Shown here: positions 53,649 through 64,000 of the stretch, piece after piece
Position numbering within the stretch: the first letter of the stretch is position 1
How the letters are laid out: every line of letters begins with the position of its first letter
Assembly (NCBI GenBank): GCA_026770705.1
Contig: JANJGN010000034.1
Span: 4,216,001-4,280,000, forward strand
Length of the DNA stretch: 64,000 bases
Direction: 5' to 3'
From: Isurus oxyrinchus
Lineage: Eukaryota
The notes under the pieces: model-generated
Seen by the model: only the letters and a program-made list of their open reading frames with translations
Databases searched by the model: none
Told to the model about the DNA's origin: nothing
Program-made: the position numbers and the translations under genes

Positions 53649-54857
53649 CCCTGCGGTTGCAGTCCTGTCAGTTTAACTTCCTTGGTGAGAAAACTTCTAG
53701 AAACAATTCTTTGGAATATAATTAGCAGTCACAAGAAATAAACTAGTATCGATTAATTGAGTAGAATCAGCACCAATTTTTAAAGGCAAACCACATCTAA
53801 CTAACTTTCTGCAGTTTTGTGAAGTGGTAACAGAGATGGTTGTTGAGGGCAACGCAGTTCATGTGTTGTGTAACGACTTCCAAAAAAAGTTGGGTAGAGT
53901 ACCACTGTGCTGGGGGCAATATCAAAGCTTGCGTACAACATAGATATCGGGAGAATGGTAAACTGTGAGGAGGACAGTGCAAGATTTCAAAAAGGCATTA
54001 ATGCATTTGTGGAGTGGGCAGATAGTTGGCAGATGAATTTCAAAGCGAAGAAGCGTGAGTAGATGCACTTTGGTACAAAGACCATGGAGATAGAGTATAA
54101 AATAAAGTGTGCTAATCCAAAGGGTATGCAGGAGCAGAGAGTCCTGGTCGTACATGTACATAATTAATTAAAAGTGGGAGGGCAGGTACAGAGAGCTGTT
54201 TTTAAAGCTAACAATATTTTAGGCTTCATTAGTGGGAGCATAAAGCACAAGAGCAGGGAGGTTATGATGAAGTTATACAGGGCACTGTATTGAACTCACC
54301 TGGAACATTGTGTAGAGCTCTGAACGCAACACTTTAGGAATGTTTTGACTACTTTGGAAATAGTACAGGGGAGGTGTGCAAAAATAGTTCCAGCGAAGAG
54401 ACACTTCAGATATGAGGAAACATTAGAGAAGCTGCTACTGTTTCCCTTGTAAATGAAAAGGCAAAGAGGCGATTTGTTTTTAAGTTATCAAAATCATCAG
54501 GGGGCTGGAGAGAACAAATGGGGAGAACCTGTTCTTCCTGTAACTGGATATAGAATTCGAGCCACGGTTTTAAAGTGTTTTGTAAAAGAAGCCAACACGA
54601 GGTGAACAAAAAGAAACACATTTTTCACATAGCGAGTTGTTACAGTTTGGAATACACTGTCTGGAAGACTGGAGGAGCCAGTTTCAATTGAGGCATTCAC
54701 GGCAACTTGGGCGCTTATATATATAGAAACTATGTGCAACATGTGAGGGAAAAGACAGGAGCTTGGCACTTTAGTTAAAGTGCTCAGAGAGATGGTGCAG
54801 AGACGATAGGCCGAATGGCCTCATTCTTACCAGTAACTATGTGTGATTCTGTGACTC
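53649..54857 (+). mobile_element. older CR1, 3' part (continuation of 46100-48818)
   Basis: resumes with P..SPVSLTSL..KLLETI; ends gtgattctgtgactc. Confidence 0.85.
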
Positions 54858-56996
54858 TCATTATGAACTGCCACGTACCTGGGGAACCACATCCTTAGTT
54901 GACTGGTTTTCTTGTGAGTCAGCAGTTGACAAATCTTGTTCGATCATTGGCTTTATAAATGGAGATTCATTCTCGGCTGAATCTCTCCCATGCTGGACAA
55001 AATACATTAGAAATGCCGTTTAAGGCCTAGACAATATTGCCTGGAAACTAACGTAATAGAACAACATTTGGGGCGCTTCGTTCTTTGCAGAGACTACCAG
55101 ATGTAGAATTGTTCCACTTACAGTAAACAATATTAAGCGCCGACTTTAAAAAGTAATCCAGTTTCTGAGCTGGTTTCATATTGAGAAACAAGGATTTATT
55201 TCCGCAGACAGAAAACTAGTTATACACAGGGCACAAATGTAAAACATGTGTCAAAAAGCCATGAGGTGCAGCAGAACTGTGCTGGATGGAAAACTTACTG
55301 AATTGTGGAAAGGGGGGCTGATGGATACAGAATTTTCTGATTTCTCAATGGGGCGGAATTGTTTGTTGTTTCCCAAGTCTTAGTAATGTGTGCTTTGGTT
55401 TTGAGGCCTCTTTGTTCCTGCAGTCTCACTAACTATCTCCTTTACACAGACCTACCAGATGAACATTTTAGTTGTGTTAAATTTATCAACGTTCTGTCAA
55501 ATTGTGCATCTGTTTTGTTCTTTCTGCTGAATATCGTCCTGCTTTGCACACCTCTAATTTGGTTGAGCTTGCCAGACAGTCCTTTTGCGCATCCTGAATT
55601 TAATAAATTCAGATTACATGAGCCTGCATTCTCTGCCTAGGTGGCAAGTTCCCGAATGTACTCCCACAATCACTCGACATGTCCACAGACAGATTCAAAC
55701 ACCCCGTGAAATCTAATGAAATCAACCAGTTTTGAGCGCCGGCCCTCCACCTGTAAAATCACGTACAATGGCCCTTGGCCATTTTTATATAACAGATTGT
55801 TTCTGAGCCCACAGTGAAAATGTTGGTGTTCAGAATTTTAATAATGGAGTGTCTTAATTGAACAAACAATATCCGATTTTTTTTGTTATTGCCTTCAAAA
55901 ACTTCATTGCCCCATTAAAAGCAATTTCCAAATCTGCATGCCGAATGGATTGATATTAGTTTTGGCCAGTATGGCATTGACAGTTAGTTAAAATCTCCAA
56001 ATGTGATATTTTGTTGCATTAAGTGACATTGATTTAATTCAGTTCAATATAAGATGTCTTACAGGTCGTTTATCACACAGCACTTCTCGAATTCTATTGC
56101 TGAGGAATATTGTTGACGGAGTTATCCTTGAGTCTAAGATACCTAACATTAATGCTCAAAGTATTCAGTTATATAGTGATATTTCGGTTAAGTTTTTTTG
56201 TGATTTGTGCACGTTCTCTGACAATTAGAATATTTGTGATTCTTATACTTCCTTCAACAGAAAAGGAACAGTTATTGAAAGAGGATGGTAATCAGTTATA
56301 TTTTAAGATTCGTTTATATGTACAGTTTGCATTATGCATGTTGTTAGAATCTTTATGGAATACGGGCGCCAGGGTCAATACCAAACTTTAATGCCAATCC
56401 GTAATTTCCATTGAGAAGTTTTAGGACTTGTGGCGTATGGTCCCTTTTCTGGAGAGGCAATGGTGGTTTCATTTACTGTTAGTTCTATAATTGTGAACAT
56501 ATTTTGAACGATGTACGGTTAGGTTGGAGAGCTGACATGACCTGCCTTGTGGATTATGACATGTTTCAGCTATGTCGGGCGAGATTGTTTAACCACTTTG
56601 CCTGGCATAAAATGCGTCCCTTTGTTTCTGATATAAGCTGTTTTTCACTTTACCTAATTGCATGCACTTCAAGTCACTGTATTGAAACAGGTTTGATCAC
56701 TTGGTATAACGTTAGAGTGATGTGTATTCCACTTCTTGTGGAAATGCATCGTTGTGGTATTTCATGTGGCCTGTGGTGAATGGCTTATAGAGTATAATCG
56801 AAGGTCAATTTAGAATTAATAAATCTGTTCCATTGCAGCGTGCATTGTGGCGTCATGCTATCGACATTGAAGTTACCCACGGCAGTGAAAGTACACGATG
56901 CTGTCGATGCTTTGGAAAAAGTTAGAATGTGATGCTATGAAGTGTATTTTATAACAGAATGGCATGCCAATGTAACTATACATGGTGTTTCTACAG

Positions 56997-57023
56997 CTTT
57001 CGACGCAAAGTGCAAAACCACAG
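56997..57023 (+). CDS. 27-nt phase-1/1 micro-exon; AFDAKCKTT
   Basis: ggtgtttctacag|CTTTCGACGCAAAGTGCAAAACCACAG|gtaaac. Confidence 0.6.
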
Positions 57024-57389
57024 GTAAACATTAAAAACGTCACAACAAACATTTGTAAAGAATAAATGGTACTAATGATTTTATTTTAAAATTAGATTGC
57101 GTTCAAAGACATTTAGGGTAGCGGTTAGAGGTTATAATTTGCAATTGGAGTGGGAAAGATGCAGTAATTGTGCTATACGTGATCTGAATAAAACAAGTAG
57201 TGCTAAGAATGAGGTTCTGCACAGGAAATATAAACAGCTGAGTGTAAAAAAAAAAAAAATTCAAAGATATGAATCTCAAGGTGTCAAACCAGTCACCACA
57301 GTATATAAAGTAGGTGCTTAAAAAGCGTGGGCTCAACGTTACTGAATGAATAATCGTTTTATTAGATGGCTTAAAGAAGCAGTAGAGGA

Positions 57390-59800
57390 GGTAAAATGAG
57401 ATGCCCCGTTGGGACGGTCTCCACTTGGACAGATCTGGCTGGGGAACGAATAACAAGAGCTGCATTGAGGGCTTTAAACTAAATAGCGGTGGTGTGGGGA
57501 AGTCAAGGGGGAATAACGAGTCTATCAGGTTAACAATATGGGTGAGAATAACCGGAATGTGACAGCTAGTGACAAAGTATGCACACTTATGTGTATAACA
57601 GGATTTAGGTTAATTCTCGGCAAAATGTCGAAATCAACACGAAGTAATATTTTTATATGAATGCAGGAAGCATTCACCAGAAGATGGATAAATTGAAGGA
57701 GCAATTAGCAATACATTGGAATGATGAAATAACCTTTACACGTAACTAATTGGAAGGTGATGGAGTCTAGACGCTGAGTGCTCAGGTGTATTTGCCACTT
57801 AGGTAGAAATTAATAGGATGTGGGGTCACACTGCAAATAACGTGTCAACAATGATATAGTGATAAATGTTCCTGCCCTGGAACATCAAACTGGAAATAAA
57901 TTTGGCTGAAAATAGCAAATAGCAAGGGGGAAAATATCGCAGGCAGAACAATATTCCAAACTCTCCAACATCATTCAAATTATAGGATTGCGTTTTAGTC
58001 ATGAAAAAAATGATAGATGGTAAGAAAGAGATGGCAATAATCGTGTGTGATTTAAATATTTATTATACATTGAGAAATTCTAATTGTTCAATGTAGCGCA
58101 AGTTGTTTCATTGCAGTGAGGAGGTTTTCTTCGCTCAGCGCACAGGAAAATATTGCTTTAGGCAAACGAATATACTATTATAAATGATCAATTATTGGTT
58201 TCATAACAACTAAAAATTCCGTGAATTTTAATTTTAATATGTTAGGTACGAAATTCCATGGAAGGACGAGACAATCTGTTCTGAACATAACACATGGACG
58301 TTAAATAAATAATGAAATTAATAAAGAGCACAATGCACTGCTGCCGAATACAGACTAAAAATCAGATTAAAGGCACGATTACAGGTTATCAGTTACATCG
58401 ATCTATTGGGATTTTGGGGGGAGAGGCTGTTGGGTTTGTCGGGAGTTGGTGGGGATGTGGTCGTGTGTAAGGTGGTGCGAATGCAATTGATGGGAAAACT
58501 GAAAATTTAACAAAACAAAGATATGAAAAGGAGCATGTTAGAAAGGCAGAATCTAAAAATATCTCGGCCAGTGAATCTAACATCAGTCATTGGATGAATG
58601 CCGGAATTTGCTATTGACAAAGTAGTAAGAGGACATTTTGAAAGTCATACCATCATCAAACACAGGCACATACTAACGTGAACGGAACACCGTATTTGAA
58701 AAGTGTTGGACATCTTTGAGTATATTCCAGCAGTGTTAAGAATGTAAATCAGCAGGTGTAGTATATTTGAATTTTGAAAAGTATTTCCCAAATATTTCAC
58801 CTAAAAAAAAACAATCACGACCTTTGACTAAAGCGACTAAGTCGGGAATGGTATTTTGACTATAGCTAAATTTGCAGATGACACCAAACTAATTAGAAAA
58901 GTAAGTTGTCATGAAGAAATAATAAATTTAGAACTGGATATGGAATGGTTAGGTGAAAAGGCCAAAATTTGGCAGTAGGAGTCTGACGTGGACAAATGTC
59001 TGATTATCCATCCTAATTGGAATAATAAAAAGGCAACGTATTATTTAAAAGGAGAGAAAATTCGAAATGCTTCAGTCGAGAGGAATGTGAATGTCCTTCC
59101 TCATGTATTGCTGAAATCTAGTGTGCAGGTGCACCAGATAATACGAAGGGAAAAATGTTTTTAGGCATTTATTGCTAAAGGAACAGAAGTTAAACTAGGG
59201 AAGTGTTGTTGCAACCGTACAAGGCATTGGCATGACCACACCCATAGTACTGTGGACAGTTTTGGTCCTCTTACTTGAGGAAGGGTACAGGTGCATTGGT
59301 GGTGGTTCAGAGGAGGTTGACTATTTTGATTCCAGAAACGCAGGGCCTGTCTTTTGATGTGAAATTGAGCAATCTAGGCCTATACTCGCTAGAGTTTAGA
59401 AGGATGAGAGGCGATCTAATTGTGGTATATTTGATGCCAAAGGGAATAGAAAAAGTGAATTTGGAGCGCATGTTTCCCCTTATGTGGCATTCTAGAACGA
59501 GCGGCCATCGTTTTAGGCTAAGGGAATGTGGTTCTAAATCAGAGATGATGAGGAATTTCTTTTCACAAAGGATCGTGAATCTATGGAATTCATTAACTCA
59601 GGGTGCAGTGGATACTTTGGCGCTGAATAGGTTTAAGGAAAAGTTAGACAGACTATTAATTGTTAATGGTCTGAAAGGTTATGGTAAGAGGGCGGCAAAT
59701 TGGAGTTGAGGCTGAAATGCGATCAGTCATGATCGCATTGAATGGCTGGGCAGGGTCTAGGGGCTGAATTGCTTTATAATTCTTATGTTCCTATTCTTCT
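57390..59800 (+). mobile_element. CR1: old ORF1-end/APE remnant joined to a better-preserved 3' RT segment (from ~58860)
   Basis: DGLHL at ~57412; AKFADDTK at ~58865; ORF 59275-59709 LGLYSLEFRRMRGDLI..FFSQRIVNLWNSL; 3' tcttatgttcctatt. Confidence 0.88.
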
Positions 59801-60479
59801 TATTTTAAAGAGTTAGTGCCTAGTCAAGCATACAGGCCTGTCCCAAGTTGTCAATACGTGGTAAACTGCGTAAAGGACATTCACATGGCGTCTGTGACAG
59901 CACGCAGCAGCCCACATGAAGTTTACATTTCGCAGGCAATTGTAGAGTATGCATATGGACCAGGACTCATGCAATGTCCCAGCTCGTATGCCAGAATGAA
60001 TGTTATTCAGTTATCTCACTTCCGGATTTTGGAATATATGTGCCAATTGTTTTCATAATACATTTTGATATGAGTTGAACAGATGACATATGTTGCATAT
60101 CTCCCTTCTTTTTCTAATCCATTGTGTTTACCTGCAGGTAAAAATCTCCCCTTAAATTCAATACCTTTCTCTCTTTATCTCAGTTTTTTTTTACTGCTCT
60201 CTACACGGCCTTTGGATTTTCCCTATTGTTGTGCCAGTGCATCATTATTAGCTGTGTCTTTTTTCTCCATTCAATTACAGCTGATTGCAGCACCCTAAAA
60301 TTGACTAGACTTCACGTAGCTATACAATACCATTTCGAAATATTCGCAGTGAACTTGGCTAATTTGTCCTTTAGGGCAGTGCAGGTTATGGAATAAGGAT
60401 GAAAGTGACGAGAGAATATAATCAGACAATGGCTTTATCATCGCTGAATGTCCCATTTTCAACATGCTGGCGTTTACCA

Positions 60480-61050
60480 TTGGCTAGGAGCTGAAACGGA
60501 CTACCCACACCAATACTGTCAGTAGAAAAGCAGGCCAGGGGCTCTGAATACTGTAGCGACTAAGTCTCCTCATCACTCCCCAAGAACAATCTACCATCTA
60601 TAAGATACAAGTCAGAAGCATGATCGAGTACTTTCCACTAGCCTGGATGATAGCAACTCGAGAAACACTTGACACGATTCAAAACTTGACACGATTCAAA
60701 AAATGGGTGCCCGCTTGATTAGCATCACTAGCGCATACACTGAGTCTCTTCATCAACAAGGAACATTGGCACCAGTGTACACCATCTAAAAGGTGCAGTG
60801 CAGAAATTCAACAAGCATACTTCGACAGCACCTTCCAAACATATGAGGGCTACTATCTAAAAGGATAATTGCAGCATAGACATGGTACCTCAATCACCTG
60901 CACGTTCCCCTCCAAGCCATCCTAGCAGCACTGTGGGTGTGCCTACAGAATATGGACTGCAGTGTTTCAAAAGGCAGCACTTCACCACTTTCTCAATGGC
61001 AATTAATGGTGGAAATATTTGCTCGCTCAACCAGCAAAGCCATCAGCCCG
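60480..61050 (+). mobile_element. second-family LINE 3' fragment
   Basis: accatctataagatacaagtcag, gcaccttccaaac, ttctcaatggcaatta; 17-bp tandem duplication at ~60667-60700. Confidence 0.75.
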
Positions 61051-61299
61051 GGAATTAGTAAATATATATATATATATATATAAATCGATCAAAACAATGT
61101 TCAGATTTCTGCACATTGTCACCACGTTCTTCATTGTCAAACAAAGACACCCTGTACATTGTCAGATACAAATTCATACACTGCTTTCACTCGGGTCACG
61201 AACAATTGTATATGCCTTCAACATCAATCACTCTTTGTCATTTTTATATATTACGATAGAAAGATTGAATCTTGTGGCCAAATATATGGAATACAAAAT

Positions 61300-63420
61300 G
61301 TAACAAAAAAACTTATATTGTCCCTTACGCTGAATACCATCGGCAATATTGCATTAAATGCTACAATTAAAGAGAAACCTGAAATAGAGAGTGTGTATGT
61401 ATTCTAATAACATTACCATATCCCTAAAGTGTCACTAATCTCTTCAATAAACTTATTGTACCACTAATCATTAATCGTGCAGCCTTTAGTAGGATTTTTA
61501 GTATTTGACAAGAGGAGTGATTAACTTTTCGGTGTCACTTCAACATAAGCATTTTTTTCTCAAAATCCTATCACCTGGTGATGCTTGCATTTCTTTAACA
61601 TATTGGGTAGAGATTGCATGTTTTGTCAAAGGGATGCAATAATTTCCCAATGGATACATTGAAAATCCATTGACTTTCCAAGGACAAGTTCTACATTTTT
61701 CAAGTCTAATTACTTTGTTTTGCTTTTTCATTAATATTTTGCTCACCATCAAAGGCACTACACCATACATTGCATCTGTTCTAATAGCATGGCTCAACCA
61801 AGCTATTATTTAGAGAATCACATTTATTTTCAATGATTTTAAGTGTTCTCATGCCGAATCTGAAAACAAGGGAAAAAAGTGGAGCATTACAAGTCATTTA
61901 CCTTTTTTCGACTCTAGCTACACAGTGAATCCACAAATGTTTTCTACTAATCTTTTCCACTCACTGCGAACGGACAACCACTGAGAATATTATGGACTCG
62001 CATTAACGAACTGAAGATTGTTGTGACCATCACGATTCTCATAGACTGATATTTTTTTTCCACCAGCCATCCCCCCGAACAGCACAACCCCACAAATTGC
62101 CATTTCCTGTACAGGTTGACAGCCCTGTTATACCACTTTAAACACATGACCATGTAATTATATTTTTGAATCATATTTGGAACGCTTGCCAATAATTCCT
62201 CGGCATGCTGGTGCCCATTTTTCCATTAAAATTACGTTATGACTATGTTATTCCGGAACTGACAAAAATGTTTTCATCTCCAGTTGAATTATCTGTGATG
62301 TATGTGCATTGTTGATGAATACGCTCCATATATACACCGTCTCATAATACAGTGACCATTAAATCCTCATTTAATTTGTCACAATGCCGAATGTTTGTGT
62401 CTGTGCAATGAAGGCTGATAAGTATATCTGGTTTACAGCGTTTTGCTCAAGCCTTAGACGCCTGATCTAACAACGTGACTCTTTCTGAGAATTACCTCCA
62501 GTTAAGACCATAAGACTATTCACAAGCGACTCTTCTGCAGAAGCCAAAAACCTGAAAACACGCAGGCAGCAGGGGTTTCCAAAGAGATTTTCTGCAATCC
62601 TGAAGAAAGTCTCTAGAATTCCATGTTGCATTGATGTATGGATGAACCGTTTGTCTTGCTGAATTTAAGAATTGATGGCCAAAATTCCTATACATTCAAA
62701 TTATGATCTATCCTATCATATTTCACCATAAATTTTAATAGGTTACCCGAAATTTGTTCAGTGTCCAGCTGGAGAACATTTGCCTTTCAAATGCATTGCA
62801 CCTAACGCTACTTTCTTTAGAAAGTAACAGTTTCAAGGCCATTCTTAGTCTCTTTGTTAAGTTCATAATCCGTATGCACTTATCCAATTTTTTTCCCCAT
62901 CCGGTGGTTTGAGATTAACTAGCCATGACACTTCACCATTGCTTTGGACCATTCTTATCAAAATAATCAAATACATTAATATACTTCGTATCTAGTTGAG
63001 ACCACAGAGCTCAATCTTATGCAACTTCACTCGCTGACTTTTCCAGTCACGAGAAAGTTCGATTCCCTATGGCTGTCTGCTTCCTCTTAGATAGCTAACC
63101 CTCTGATGCCTTTTTCATCGCCATGAACATCATGTGTAGGAACTTTTCTTTGTGACATAGTGTCATCATACTTGGATATTCAATTACCCTACATCTACTG
63201 GCAACTCTTTATGCCGCCTTCATTCCCATTCTCAGAGTTCTATTAAATTTGTCAAGCGAGATAACCTTTCACAGGGGTATGTTTTATCTGCTTTATTGAA
63301 TTGTGATTTCTAATTCCATGCTCTTACCTCATTATTAACGGGTTCCAGTATTTATCCATACCAAATTTCAGATTATTTAAGCAAAAAAAAAAATGCTACG
63401 TTCTGTCTCCGCTCTGCCTT
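61300..63420 (-). mobile_element. old CR1 remnant(s)
   Basis: faint reverse-strand RT motifs (tgccttttcaaatgc-like, ccctctgatgcctttttc). Confidence 0.4.
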
Positions 63421-64000
63421 GGTTAACTGAAATCTATTTGTGCTTTGTGACTTTTTTCCACAAAGCAGGACTGCCCTGCTGACGTTATCAATCTTCATGC
63501 AAGTACATTTCCCCCTTGTTCGGAGTGCTGGCGTCACTCTCATTTTCGCTCTTTCAGAGTTCAGTGAGTCAGCACAATGTCGAATTTACTCAGGGAAGTA
63601 ATTTTTAAAACACATTATGTTGATGTATTTAATTTGAAGCATGGTAAACACAAAGTACAAGAAAGAGAGTATGCGGGGTTTCTCCAGCCGGCATCTGAAA
63701 GGGCGGCTGTAAAACTTTTTACGCCGAGGCAGCTGCCCTACAGCCATTAACAGCTCCTTGGAGAGTTAAATAGTTTGATGTGCGACTACCGACACCCAAT
63801 CGGGATTGCATCTATCTCAAACGGCTGCCAGCTCATTCCATTAACTATAAGGTATGTTGTCCAAGTAGAACGACAGGGCACCTCGGACACTGACTGGATG
63901 ACAAGCGCCAAGTGCGGTCTAAGTGTGTGAACCCACAGGACTAAGCATTTTCACCATCTCCTGGGGCATAACAGAGGGGATGTGTTGATCAAGGTTAGGT

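Overview
AT-rich vertebrate genomic DNA. The repeat content (esterase-bearing CR1 LINEs, a second Jockey/CR1-group LINE, Tx1 and Penelope pieces) looks most like a cartilaginous fish; this is an inference. Roughly half of the window is decayed retroelements, and the long ORFs in the track are LINE fragments or noise. Three things are not visible in the ORF track. (1) A + strand gene is represented by six symmetric phase-1 micro-exons (27-36 nt) spread over about 52 kb. Spliced together they give an open frame with a continuous heptad (coiled-coil) register, resembling butyrophilin/BG-type cytoplasmic heptad exons. (2) A decayed antisense B7/butyrophilin-like gene (leader, IgV, IgC-like, possibly a TM exon) lies within the introns of that gene. 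(3) Young Penelope-derived inserts carry a minimal hammerhead-ribozyme motif, and one forms a perfect 69-bp hairpin flanked by a 16-bp target-site duplication. A near full-length CR1 with 118-bp 5' monomers is inserted cleanly into an older full-length CR1. All exon calls were made by eye from splice signals and need transcript support; repeat boundaries are approximate.
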